DNA of 63,621 bases, filler included, from Collodictyon triciliatum (lineage: Eukaryota), in the NCBI GenBank assembly GCA_043381765.1. It is 18 parts of 17 records of this genome, joined end to end, with 100 filler letters (N's around TTAATTAATTAA, not from the genome) between each part and the next. Parts side by side here need not be neighbours in the genome. Positions count along the whole stretch, not along the records: positions 37,045 to 40,473 come from JBHJMP010007095.1; positions 40,574 to 44,170 come from JBHJMP010007095.1; positions 44,271 to 47,864 come from JBHJMP010007096.1; positions 47,965 to 51,557 come from JBHJMP010007097.1; 14 more parts are not named here. The stretch is one strand, 5' to 3'. The notes under the pieces were generated by a model. The model was not told the DNA's origin. It did no database searches and saw only the letters and a program-made list of their open reading frames with translations. Shown here in pieces: positions 37,213 through 50,650 of this stretch; within the stretch, counting starts at the first letter, position 1; each line of letters begins with the position of its first letter. A program made the translations under genes and the position numbers.

Positions 37213-39416
37213 CACCAAGAACTGTCGCATGAACCCTTGTTGTGATTGGCACGATGTTTGGATGACAGAGATAGACTTTTGGAGAGATGTGAGAGAATCT
37301 TCCTTTTCGAATAGAATATCGTGGAGACCAATCTAGATTTTAATGGAAAGCACAGATGACGTAGGTCATTACAGATGGCGAGATTACGGATGAATATGAG
37401 AAGTACTCACGAACAAAATACAGCAGTTTCTTAGCTCGCTGCTAATTATTGCTTGATCTTCTTCAATTCTCTTTTTAACCACGGTAGGAATGAACGGCAT
37501 GATTGTAGGAACACGAGAATGCTGAAAATTAATGGCCTTCAGCCATAACTATATCAAGGAGAATTAATCAGTGAAAAATCATGAAGCGTCAAGCTTTTTC
37601 TTTGGGAGGTGATGATAAAGAAATGTAAAATAAATAACACGAGCTATTCTCGCTTCAAATTCTTATGTATATATAAAAGCAACATTACCAAAAAAAGATT
37701 GTGGGATACAGACTCTACAAAACTCCTATTATTGGTGGAATTGGCAGAGTTCATCACCCCAGCATCGATGTTTCCTAATAGATTGGGTATGAAAACAGAA
37801 CTTTGAAGTCACGAGTGTACTTTCAGTGGAAAAGAAACCAGCTGAAGTGAAAATGATGAAGATGCCTTTTGGCAGAATTAATTTTGTATGTTATAAATTA
37901 CCAGGCAATTTTTTCTTATCACTGGATACCAAGTACACAACATCTCTGTTTTCGATGACCTAGTTAAAAAAAAAAAAGAGACAAAATGCGTATGATGCTT
38001 GTGAGAGGAAATGCCTTTTTTTTTATTGGATTGATAAAGTCAATTTGTGTGCTTCCTAATACCACAGTGCTTTTATTTGAATCGCCAAGATGATGATGAT
38101 TGGATAAAGGAACCTTCTTTGTGTACGTATTGTTTGCATCTACCCCTGATTGCATTATTACATCCATCGACACAGAGTCTATGCAAACCTCTCCTGATTT
38201 TGAAAACTGTAAACATTTTGCCATCCTGCTGAATGCAGTATTTCCAGCTACAAGATATTCATATACGTCCCCGACACCTTCGTTTGATTACCATTTTGTG
38301 ATATAAATATTTTCATTATTTTTCAACGTCTAGATTTACATATATTTTAACTAGGTTCTTTTTCCTTTGTATGACTTACCCCCACATATGACATCAAAAA
38401 GCTTTCCATAAGATATTCCACAATGCAGAGTGAGCCTATTTTTTGTGCCGGTTTTTTCTGTTTGCGTTGAAGTGCTCGACAAATTGTAAACCTTTGATAG
38501 CTCCACGCATTGCAAAGCGCATTTGACACTCTCTGATACCGCACTATTCGGACTCGAATGAAGGTATTTCATTGTAACCATCACATTCGGTGCTCTACTT
38601 ACAATCAAACTACTTATTTTCTTTTGATATGTAGCATCCACCCGAAAAAGTACCAGTAAAGCGTCCCCAGCAATTTTTATAACTAAGGGTGAAAAGAAAA
38701 TTGTATTTTTTTAACCGAAATGGGTTCGAAGAAACAAATGTGACTTCCATTTTCCGATCCAATGTTAAATATTATTTAAAACGTGCCGTCTCCACCATGC
38801 GAGTCTGTAATTTCAATAATTTTCGAAAAGAAAGAATTCAAGTGCCTGTAAGAGGAAGCTCAGTTTTAGTATACCGTTTTTCCTTTGATGTCGTGGAATT
38901 ATTGATTTCCTTCATAAATAATTGGAGGAGAGAAGAAAAAGCGATGATGAATGATAACTCTAATATGAAAGGTGTTCAGTCCAACATATTTTAGGAAACT
39001 AGCAACTACCGTCTTGTTTGCTCTAAGCCCCATGCTCCTTGGGAACTCAGTAAACGGCTTAATTTTGTGAATCCGCTTATGTCCACGAGAAGAATTGCTA
39101 CAATTGATATGTACGAATGTAAAGAAAGTTGACTATCGCTTCGTTTCGTTTTGTTAGTTTATCATGTTCGAGGAAATTTTAAGATTGTAGATATGCGAAA
39201 TAAACCAATGTAAAATAATTAAACTCTTTTCGTTTATCATCATCAATATCATATCATTATTATTATTTTTGTGCATTAAATGCAGAGAAATAATGAATTA
39301 AGTTTTATAGCACTGTAAACCTCCTTCGAATTCAAAACAGGAGGGTTTGAGCTGAAAGCTTTGATCCAGACAGAAGCGAACAAGATTCCTGGGGAGAAAG
39401 CAAACACCCGGCGGTT
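37213..39416 (-). CDS. Soluble adenylyl cyclase (ADCY10/sAC)-like class III cyclase, C1 and start of C2 (partial; more 5' exons possible up to about 40356)
   Basis: Spliced: FEGAILLVDISGFTKL...HLNSFFSKIIEITDSHGGDVIKIAGDALLVLF...LTLHCGISYG...GGVGDVYEYLVAG...GEVCI...FIPTVVKKRI...SELRNCCILF...GFMRQFLV. Confidence 0.88.
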
Positions 39417-40862
39417 CTTGCATCACAAAGGATATCCAGTCTGCAAAAGAAACTCACAGGCGATCGCGTCCTTGCCTCGAATATTCCTGACAAAGTGGAA
39501 GAAGAGAGTTTTTTTTTTTTTTATTCTTCCTTTAAACTTTTGTGAAGTGGAAGAAGAGAGTTGAAATAAAATCACGGAAGAAGGAAACGGAAGTGGGCCA
39601 AAGGATGCATCGGGTTTGTTAAGGTCGCGAATTCATGGGTGGCACAGTTGAGATCAGTGAATGATCGAAGAAGGACGGAGTTTTCTGTTGGTCTTCAACA
39701 CTGGGCGATCACATGAACAGATGTGTATGAAAAGAAACACAAAAAAAAAAAAAACTGGTCGGAAAAAAATAGATACGCAATTGGGACAGAGTATTTGCAA
39801 GAAATGGAGAGAATATTCTCACCAAAACAAAACAAAGTTGCCGATCAAGCAGAGAATGAATATACGCTCGGCTTCTGAAAGGAAGGCAGAGATGCGGTTG
39901 CGCAGATTAATGTAAATAGAATATTCTATTGCTTGAATACCCATACAGCTATCGTTTTCTCTTTATTCTTGCTTTCTCATTGAAGGCCGACGGAGCACAA
40001 CTTGATCCAACGACTAAACCTGAATCTTCGGTTCGGTGCTGGCACATAAGATTTTTGACAAGACTCGTAATCAAACTACTTGCAATGAAAAAACAAGACG
40101 CAGATGACAGAAATGTACTGGGAGAAAGATTTATAACAAATTAATGAATTAAGTAATTTGTGTAAAAAGTAAGATAAGCAAATATCTATAAGACACACGC
40201 ACTCCAACTAAAGTGTAAATATATATAAATTCCAATTATAGTTAATCTAGAACTTTCGAGTAGCTTCTTTTTTCCAGATACTTCCGGGTGGCTTTGATGT
40301 TGGGGTCTCGTTGCATCATTGCAAGTTTAACTAGCCTTGGCAGACCGGAGCCATGCCGTCTGCGCGGAGCAAATAGAAAACAAAAGAAAACAAAAGAAAA
40401 CAAAAGAAAACAAAAGAAAACAAAAGAAAACAAAAGAAAACAAAAGAAAACAAAAGAAAACAAAAGAAAACAANNNNNNNNNNNNNNNNNNNNNNNNNNN
40501 NNNNNNNNNNNNNNNNNTTAATTAATTAANNNNNNNNNNNNNNNNNNNNNNNNNNNNNNNNNNNNNNNNNNNNAAACAAAAAAACAAAAAAAAACAAAAA
40601 AACAAAAAAAAACAAAAAAACAAAAAAACAAAAAAAACAAAAACAAAAAAAGTGTTTTCTCTAACAACGACCTGAGCTACTTGATCATACTGCCCCTGCA
40701 TACACATCTCGCCACTCTCGATCACTCGCCAACCCTGAATATCTACGCACAAGACAAAGTCGTTGCACCTTTCCAAAGAACTTCCGGCCTCGCAACCTGG
40801 CGTGGCCCCAAACCTTCATTGCCTCACATCATCACCATATGCTTCAATAGAACAAAGTCATC

Positions 40863-43281
40863 ATGGCAAAGTATGGAGAGGGTGATGCCCGCTGGATTGT
40901 GGAGGATCGGGCTGATGGCAGAAACGTGAACTCATGGCATTGGTGAGTAATTCCAGAAGCTTATCGCACATATTACAAGCCTGCATATCTCAACACCGTG
41001 GACAGAAAGAAATGGATTGCTTTTTCATATCCTCCGCAACTCTCTCGATAGAATGTATGCGAGTGGCTTTAGAATGTCCTTTCCTATGAGGCAAACAGTC
41101 CTAGAATTCACTTTTATCAGTCGCTTTTCCCTCTTCTTGCTTCTGACGCAGAACTTTCCTCTCCCTTCGACAGGGAAGAGAAGGATCTGACGCCAAAAGC
41201 CAAGGAGCGCTTCTCGTATCATCTGAATGACTGCGTTATCGTGGATAATCAGGACGGAGTCACCGTCAAGATTGACAACGTCGATATCACTTCTGCAGAG
41301 GCTACTATGCTGAACCGCAAGGGGAAAATGCGTTGTATTTTCGACATTACGGCCAAACTCAAGTGGACAGGTAAGGATGGCGCCAACATGATGCCGTGGA
41401 TAACTTTTTTTTTTTTTTGTCTTTCTGTCGTCATATACTTTGCCACATATAGATAGTTTGGTACCAACCTCAATTCTATGGTTAATTAACCTTCCAGGAA
41501 CAAAGAAGAACGAAAGTGGAGACGAAATCGGTAAAACAACAGGAGCAATCGAAGTAGAGGACTTTAACCACGACGGGCCCAATGAATGCGAAGTAACCTC
41601 CCACTTTCACACATCACAAACCAAATTCCTTGAAAAGCCATATTTTCTAGCTTCAATAATATGCTGCTCTAGCACGTGCACAATATAGACTGAATGCCTA
41701 AAACCCCCATTTTTATTTATCCCAAAATATTTTAAATAAACTTTCTGTCTGATTAACCCTGGATTCCAGATCAAAACGACGCTCAATGATTCCAAAGCAG
41801 ACCACTCGTCTGCAATCTATACTCTTGTTAAGAGTGAGGGGCTCAAGAATCTTAAATCCAAGCTGGCTGGATATGTAGACGAGACGATAGGTATATCAAC
41901 AAATCCACTTGACTTGGCTGACACACATTTTAAATAGCGTCAACAAATTCTGGTTAAAAACGAAGAGGAGGAACATCGCGTAACCTAGTACTCATTTCTC
42001 TTCATCTTTGAAGCGGCTTGCCGAAGCGCAGACGAGAGCAAAGCTCAGGCAGGTGCGGCCAACCCAGCCTCTGCTTCTCCTTCTGCATCTCCCGCTGTTT
42101 CTCCCGCTGTACTGAAAAAGAGCTCATCCGAAACAGCAGTGAAGACAAGCTCTGGTGTCCAGATACTCAAGACTTCGTGTAAGTGCCATTCACAAAGTGC
42201 ATAAAACATCATGAAATCCCATCTCATATAGTTCCCCTCTCCGTTCCATCTCTCTTTTTTTCCATATGAAGCTTTCCTAAATTAACTTCTTGAACCTTCA
42301 GTCGAATTCAGCTGCGAGCCTCATCACATATTTGAATGTTTTATGGATACCGCACGATTCTCTGCCATCACGGGTGGACCGGTTACTTTTTCATTTCGAA
42401 TTGAACCTACGAGTCACTTCCTTTCCGCCTTTTTCTGAGTATTTTCTCTCTCTCTCTTTCTATAAATCATGACTCTTGTACCTTACCCGAACAGTGTCAG
42501 TCATTCTCGCCAACAAGTGACCTCATTTCTTTTGACAGTTTTCTAAATTTCACCTTGAAATATGCCACTCTACATTTCCTTTCATAATTTATATTTTCAA
42601 GCATCCTTTTACACCATCCTGCACAAAATTGAAAGGAAGAATAAAAAAAAAAAAAAAATTTTCAAGCATCCTTTTAAGTGCTTCCCATTAAATAATCAAA
42701 TACTCCTCAGGCCAAAGTCGGAACCAAAGTTGGAGACGAAATCGAGTTCTTTGGGGGCTCGGTAACAGGCTCCATCGTTGAAGTGGTTAGCTATTTTTCT
42801 TCTCAGCCATACTATTTTTTTCAACTATCCCATCTGCTCAGTCCTTTGGGATTTTTATGCATTTCCCTTCATCATTCCATCTCTACATATCCCCAACCTC
42901 GTCCCAAAAGTCTGATGGATCAACACGACTACACTGCAACACGCCACCATGGGCAATCACATTCTGAATCATAATACCATCCCAAAAAACAAGGTGCCTG
43001 GGAGCAAACTGGTCCAAAAGTGGCGCTTCTCTGATTGGAAGAGCGGTCACTTCTCAAAGGTAACAAGCTGGCTCTATACGCAAACTCTTGCTTCTCTCTC
43101 TCTCTTTTTTTTTTTCATCACAGAATCATCACAGGTGACACTCGAGTTTAAGGAGGCCTCTTCGGGCACTTGCAAGGTGGAACTTCTTCATGAGTTGATT
43201 CCAAGCGAGTCCATCGAGCGTGTGAAGGAAGGCTGGAACACGAGAATCATGGGGCGCATTCGTTCGATTTTCGCACTGTAA
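40863..43281 (+). CDS. AHSA1: Activator of Hsp90 ATPase Aha1
   Basis: MAKYGEGDARWIVEDRADGRNVNSWHWEEKD, NRKGK, and C-terminal KLVQKWRFSDW...EGW. Nine GT-AG exons; stop at 43279-43281. Confidence 0.95.
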
Positions 43282-43569
43282 ATCAAAGAACACTAAACGG
43301 CAAAAGAAAACCAAACGAAAACAATTCTGCACTGAACAGACGAAGGAAGCGGAACGGAAGAAAAAAAAACACAATCTAAGCAGCAGCATTCGACTTGTTG
43401 CAATCCTTTTCTTTCTATCTTTTTTTTTTTTGCCGACTCAGGATTTGCGAATCTGAGCGGTGTCTGATTTCCTGCAAAGCGGCCCGCCTTCTTCTCTCCT
43501 CTCCTCCTGTCTGCCTCGCCCTCTTTAAATATTCGTCGCATCTCGGGTGAAAAACCACCGCCGACATAC

Positions 43570-44170
43570 ATGCTTCCCTCATCTCAGCAATCCGCAATAA
43601 ACCTACCTTTTCCTTCTTATCCGTGCGTGCGAGGCTTGATCGAAGGCTGATGAGGCCTTGGGAGATAGGAATGATATATTTTCCACATTTGAAGATGCCA
43701 GGAATATGCCCGTTCCAGAAAAAAAAATCCACGCGCCTCTTCGATGCCACAGAGCAACCTGAAGGCGGGTTATTTTGCGCGCCTTGTCACGACGGCACTA
43801 GATGGGCAGTCCAAGGAGCACGTTTGTGCGCCCACAGCAGAACCCCTGCCCGAGATTATTGAAGACTTGTATGATCTGACTGGGGAAAAAGAAAAAAAAG
43901 GAAAAAAAGAAAAAAAAGAAAAAAGAAAAAAAGAAAAAAAGAAAAAAAATGAAAAAATGAAAAAAAGAAAAATGAAAAATGAAAAATGAAAAATGAAAAA
44001 TGAAAAAAATGAAAAATGAAAAAATGAAAAAATGAAAAAATGAAAAAAAGAAAAAGAAAAAGAAAAAGAATAAAGAAACGAGAACAACGAAAGAAAGAAA
44101 ACTTACGTCTGCAACAAAGCGGGTGTGCAAGAGAACTAGAACCGACAACATCCCGAGCGCCAAGCCAAGC
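43570..44170 (+). CDS. Hypothetical protein, 5' exons (3' partial)
   Basis: An exon starting at ATG 43570 joins in phase via ttccag to KKNPRASSMPQSNLKAGYFARLVTTALDG. The strand is ambiguous because good minus-strand splice sites also exist. Confidence 0.3.
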
Positions 44171-44841
44171 NNNNNNNNNNNNNNNNNNNNNNNNNNNNNN
44201 NNNNNNNNNNNNNNTTAATTAATTAANNNNNNNNNNNNNNNNNNNNNNNNNNNNNNNNNNNNNNNNNNNNTATGTATGTATGTATGTATGTATGTATGTA
44301 TGTATGTATGTATGTATGTATGTATGTATGTATGTATGTATGTATGTATGTATGTATGTATGTATGTATGTATGTCGCAAGTCAAGATTTTTTAATGTTT
44401 TGTGCGTGCGCCTCATTATGTCTTTGGTTACTTTTGTCCTGTTTCTTTTTCTTCAGTTTTTCATTTTCTCATTTTTCTCTCATTTATCTTTTCCCAAGCT
44501 AACTTCATTAGTTTTGATATTTATTCTAATACTTCCTTTCATTTATTTTTTTTAGATGCTATCCAATTTTTTTTATCATGCTGTCTTATTACTCTCATTA
44601 TGTACTTTTGGTTTTTTTAAATTTTTTTTCTAATTCTACTGAATTTTTTTTAATTGTGCCTATAGTTTCTTGTGAAATTTATACTTAAATTATAAATATT
44701 TTTTAAATTTTTTGGATATGTAGTAATTAATTTTGCTCTATCATATTTAATTACAAAGTTGATTTTCAGTTATTCTTTGGGCTTATTCCAAACCCTCCTA
44801 TTTTTCCCTCAATTTTTTAAAATAATTATCGTTCCTAACAG

Positions 44842-45644
44842 GTTTTGGGTGAAGATAGAAGTGAAAAAAATACGGTCATGAATGAGTTATGCGGCGCGAG
44901 AGACATTTTCAGTTCGGCCAAAGCAAGAAATCCCGGCAAGAAAGTATGTGGCATTTAATATATGTGTACATTCATCATGGAGATAACTTCTTTAGAAACG
45001 ATGTATATTTAATCTATTATGTTCGAGGAAACTAACTTACGCATGTTTAAATATTCTATAGGGATTTTGGATATGGTGGCTTATCATCGATGCTTTTACA
45101 TATAACAATAATTATTATTGCTATTTTGGAATTTTACTGATATCCTTTAGTTTTCGAACGAGGAAACTCCATCATTTTTCTCTTCTTTAAAGCGAGCACG
45201 TTTTCTATTGCAGGATTTCTTCTCAAAAACTTCGTTTTGCCAATGGAATTCAAGGAAGGGTGGCGTATGTAGACCCCATGGATTTTGGTACTATGCATCG
45301 AAGAGAAGAAAAGAAAATATTTTTGTTAACCCTATACATGTGATCTATGATGCAGAATCAAATAAACTTTATACGTCGTCATTAAAATCTTCACTTTCTT
45401 TACATAAACAAAGTTATGTAAATTAAATCTGATTCCTTTTAATATTGAATCCAACGCAGAAAAACAGGAGAAGGTAGACTCTCAGATCGCATCATTCATC
45501 ATGCTCATGACTACCAACCTCGTATATGTTGCTACTGGAGATCTCACTCTAGAGAATTTGCAATATCTGGGGTATACCTCTCTCTCAATCGATAAAAAAA
45601 AAACTTGTTTTTCTTTACGATTCAATCTTGCATATATTTTTAAT

Positions 45645-45736
<92 letters not shown>

Positions 45737-47607
45737 ACCTCATTATGTATCCAGACCTATTGGAGATGCTTTTGAAAAGTTTCGTATCAAAACAGACGAA
45801 AAAGTGAGTAAATACTTTCGGGTATCTAGAACTTGCAAATCAAGAAACTAAGAAGTTTAACCTTTTATATAACCATATATATATATATACCCTAAGCAAA
45901 TACTACCTCACCTTACAGAGATTCTCCCATTAAGTTCAACTTAAAAGATTATTATAATTTTTTTTATTCAATTGACATAAGGACTCGCCTGAAAGTAAAT
46001 CTGAAATCCTACCGTCACTTAGTTTTGTCCTATCGCAACTTTGGTAGTATTTAAACGCAGATTTTTATTATTTTGTATGAGGTAAAGCGTACCTCAAAAT
46101 TAATTGAAATTAACAATGTCTCCAGCCTGGTGCAGACTTCACCAGGGAAAATACCTCAATTACGGGATTACGTAGTAAGCCGGCTTTCGAGCTTGTATGA
46201 CACCCAGGGTATGTGGCACTATAACAAAATCGTATTCCACTTCAATTAATAATACCAGTTTTGTATTGGGGGATAAAATATCACAATTAGATTTGTATGT
46301 CTTCAATTCTTTAACTTACTCAACTAACTATCGAATTATAAATAACAACAAAAAAATCTTTAGGATATGAGCCATATGAAAAAATGCTGGATTTGTTGAA
46401 TCATAATTTTGACAAACGGAATCATATCCACTCCGTAATTAGAAATATATTAATAAACATAGAATATATACAAAAATATCCAGAAATGCATAAAGTTCAA
46501 ATTATGCACTGGTGAACTAGTTTGTTTCCAATATTTCTTTAAGACAGCTGGTAAATGACTTAACTCTTTTAGGAAAAAAAGTTTTCTCCTTCCGATGAGG
46601 TTGCTATTATTTTCCTGATTGGTTCATTTTTTTTCTAACAAAACAAAAATATGAAAACATCACTACCCAACTTACATCAAAATCTGAAATGATTATTGGA
46701 AATATTACTTCGAGAAAAGATATGTAAGTTTAATTTTTTCTATAATTCTACCAGGATGACCTGAGTAAACTTCAATCGTGGGCAGAAAGCTTGAAGAAAC
46801 ACATTCAAGTAAGATACGTGAATCCCTTTTTCAAATTTTGCGCATACCTTTTAGTCTTTAATTAAAATTATAAAAGAAATATATATTCAATTGTTGACTT
46901 GCACTCACTCATTTTCACCGCACAGCCTAAATCAATGGCATCTAAGGTTCTCAGCGGAACAAGTAACTGCACAGTTCTTATCCTTTTGATAATAGAAATA
47001 TTTGTGTATCGTTCGTTCTAAAATCATCCTTCCAATTAGGCCTATCAGTTGTTCTCTCTCTGTTTGTAGGTATTGCGAACAAAAACACACCAGTCAGTTT
47101 AGTGAGAGGTTTGAACCCCCTGTTATCATTCAAATCGGATTTATTTTTATTTTATTTTTTGCTTTTGAAAATATCGTTATGTGTAAAAGTATGAAAAAAC
47201 CTAACACGATTAAACTTTTTTTTTTTTAAAAAAAAATCCTATCGTAATTATGCAGTGGTCGAAAAGGGATTGACGCAGGATTACTCGACAAAAATTACAG
47301 AGGCTATGAAGATCTACGAGTCTAATATTCTTAAAGTTTTAAAGGACGGAACGATAGCTTTTGATGTTTGTCCTAAGACATAAGGCGAAGATTTGCTAGA
47401 CATGTCCAAAAATTAATGAACACTCTAAGTAGTTTATATTTTTTTCTTTAATCGTTCATATTATTAACTACCCATGTCTCTATTATTCATAAGGAATCTC
47501 ACATAGTCAAAGTTCACCACGACGCTGAAGTTATGACACTTGATTGGTATACTAGTCAGATGGTTAACCACGGCCTTCTCGAGAATGAAAACTTTCGTCT
47601 TTTGCAA
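44842..47607 (+). CDS. Guanylate-binding protein (GBP)/atlastin-like protein with degenerate G motifs (partial at both ends)
   Basis: VLGEDRSEKNTVMNELCG...F, GFWI, VIYDAES, DSQIASFIMLMTTNLVYVATGDLTLENLQYL, LPSLSFVL and PKSMASKVLSG, followed by helical exons. This is the GBP motif order. Confidence 0.7.
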
Positions 47608-47964
47608 GTATGTTCTCTTACTGACCCTTTCTTTTCCAATCCCCTCTCAATAAAAAAAAAAAAATCATCTACCATATATACCTATGAAAATAGATAATCT
47701 ACGAACAATCGCACACCTAATTTTCCCCTTTTCGCTTCCTTTCACTTCTATTTCCCTTCTCTTTTTTCTCTCTCTTTTTTCTCTCTCTTTTTTCTCTCTC
47801 TTTTTTCTCTCTCTTTTTTCTCTCTCTTTTTTCTCTCTCTTTTTTCTCTCTCTTTTTTCTCTCTNNNNNNNNNNNNNNNNNNNNNNNNNNNNNNNNNNNN
47901 NNNNNNNNTTAATTAATTAANNNNNNNNNNNNNNNNNNNNNNNNNNNNNNNNNNNNNNNNNNNN

Positions 47965-48978
47965 AGCGGAGATTACTATATCTCATATGTGGCTCAAAAG
48001 TTCCCGAATACTCCTTGAAGCTCTATCAATACTTTAATCAGACAAAGAACACAGAAATGATTGTGAAAGTTGTCGGCAATATGGAAAAATGTGTGATGGA
48101 AAGTAGTCGGGACAATTTGGGCGATGTCTTATATGCACTCGGGTCTATCCATATGAAAGATAGAGTAATTAATCAAAATCTCACAAAGGCAGTCAGTTAT
48201 TTATTTCGTCTACGGAACAAATCAGATGAACGAGGGAGAATGATCTTAGCAGAGATTTCCAACTCTGTTGATTTTCAATTCATTCTGGCCCTAGAAAATC
48301 ACGCGGCTCGCCATTTCCATAGAGCATATCGGTACTATATAAAGGCAAACAAATTAGATCCAAATTACCCAATGGTTTTTTTTGGCATGCATAATCTCTT
48401 AGAGGAATGCAATGACAACGAATATAGGGATGCACACGTAACTTTGAAGACTCCAAATTTTATGTCTTCATTCAGCAAATTTGAAAAGAATATCGAGCGA
48501 GATACTATTCTCCAAGGGAGAGATCTTTTGGACACCATTATATCTACGCGTAACATAGCCGCAGAAGGGGTGATGTCCTTGATTGTAGGTGATATTGTGA
48601 GAAATCGAAAACCTGGCTTTTTAAAGACCATGGCGGATTTTGTTGGGTTTTCTTCGAGTGAGATATTTCAAATGTACAATAGAGCTGCAGACCTTGGAAT
48701 ATGTCAAGGTTTTTATCGCCTTGCAGAATACACAGCCAGCAGAAAAAAATTCGATCCATCTGAGCTTCAATCCCTTGTTGAGGGAAGTAATATGTGCCGT
48801 TCCGTTCGGCTGCTTTCTTTGGTAGATGAGGCTATAAAAAAGAAAGAAAATGGACGAAAACAGTTGAGATTTTTCTTTTTGAAGTAAAAAATAGTATACT
48901 TTGATTATTTCTGTTTGTTGCGCTAAAACCACATTCAAAATTAAAACTTATAGGAAGAAGGTGGACGATGAATTGTAA
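47965..48978 (+). CDS. Sel1/TPR-like repeat protein with C-terminal DDEL (5' partial)
   Basis: VLYALGSIHMKDRVINQNLTKAVSYL and MYNRAADLGICQGFYRLAEY. Intron 48863-48953 adds a last exon QKKVDDEL*. Confidence 0.65.
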
Positions 48979-49729
48979 TACGTACTTATATTGGATGAAA
49001 GGAATTTTTCTTTGTGTGTCAGGAATGCTTCACATTTTCCAAATAAACTGAAGGGCAACATTCAGATAAAATATCATTGCCATATCCGACTTTTGAGGAA
49101 TTCTGAAAATTTAATCGTTTAAAAATGCACCGCGCTATGATTAAAATAAAGTATCAAGATAAGATTTGGACTAGATTACAAATTTTTTTTTCTCTAACAC
49201 ATCTCAGGCCCTTTTTATTCCAGCAAAAAAAAAAAAAAAAAAAAAAAATAAAAAAAAAAAAAAAAGATATTTTTAAAATATTCATAAATGTTTTNNNNNN
49301 NNNNACACAAGCACTTTTTTATACAAAAAAAAAAAAAAAAAAAAAAAAAATCATGCAAAAAAAAGGGGGTTTTTTTCAGATTCTCCAGAATGTTTGATAA
49401 TATTATCCAACTTTATATTTTCAAATAAAAATATCACGATACACCCGTGTTAAACTTTTCTGCGTGCCATGAGTCCTGATTTATGAGGTTTCTCTTTAAT
49501 ATTTGCCTTTATTTCATAGCAGACTTTAGTGCCTATATCATTCATATACTTATACATGTTACATTTTTTCTTACTTGATTGAAGGTTCACATGTATGTTT
49601 ATTCGGCGATTAAACATATGAAGAAGAACTGCGTTAACTGTTAAAACCATTTAATCTGCTCTGGAGTGGATGTTTCAATACAATGTCAAAGATGGAAATA
49701 TTGAATCTATAAAGACCTACACATCATGA

Positions 49730-50650
49730 TATGCTACGACCTTGAGGAAGCGTGTGACTTTGTGAATCACGAAGCTCTGGGAATCATTCTTCAAAAGTAG
49801 GTACCCTGCTCGAAGTTCACCACACTTGCCAAGAAGCTACATGAAAAAGCGTCTACCAAGGCTGCCTACTGCCATGGGTTTCTCTTCAAGTTTGTTGCAA
49901 ATTACCTTGCAACCCACTTCGGATACAACAACAAAATCCACAACTGATTCCTGCAATATGCTAACGATACAACCTTCATCTATCGCTTTCTAATGCTTAA
50001 TATCACCAATAGGGAGCTATGGATAGGCACACGCGCGGCAAAAGCTGGCAAAGTCTCCCAACAACGCACACTTTGCAGCAACGATGATGAATCCATTGAG
50101 CACACATTTGTGCAATGTCCCTTCGCTCAAAACCTGTGCGAAACAGCCGGTGAGATTCTTCGACTGACTCTCAAGACGGCTGCGGCTGTTGGCCCAATCC
50201 AGGCGATGTTTGGGCCTCTGCAACAGCTGCGTCCAGATGCGAAAACACTCTGGGCAGTGACGCGAGGCCATTTGATATGGACTATGTGGATAGCGCGCAT
50301 ATACTCACGCAAAGCAAGACTCAACAACCAGCCACCCATTCCTGATAATAGACTGGATGACATCATACAAATCTCTTTCCTCAATAGCTTCCTTCGCCAC
50401 CTGCACGTTCTCTACTACTCCGACCCCGTGAGAAGAGACATGTGGAAAGAAGCTGAGAAAGAGATTCAACCTCGCCTTGTCTCTCTCATGCAAGCACAAG
50501 ACCCAGGCTACAGGCCAAACCGCAGGATACAATCTCTGATTACCGACTACTTCCCCGCCACCTTGCCACCAAATAGTGCCTTTGTACAAACGATGGCCAG
50601 CGAACCAAAGCCAAAATCTTCACTATCCTGCTCAAAACTTTAATAAAAAA
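49730..50650 (+). mobile_element. Degenerate, internally deleted L1/Tx1-like non-LTR retrotransposon (3' part of ORF2)
   Basis: RT remnants DLEEACDFVNHEAL (cf. D.EKAFD.V.H) and LQYANDT (cf. YADD). zf-RVT-like LC...ESIEHTFVQCPFA...W.MWIAR. Stop followed by TAATAAAAAA. Confidence 0.88.

Noticed and set aside
36114..37331. Poly-LN/LS, poly-LR, poly-TE, poly-F/K and X-containing ORFs here and at other contig ends
   Set aside because: They are alternative frames of simple repeats, or read-through of N runs.
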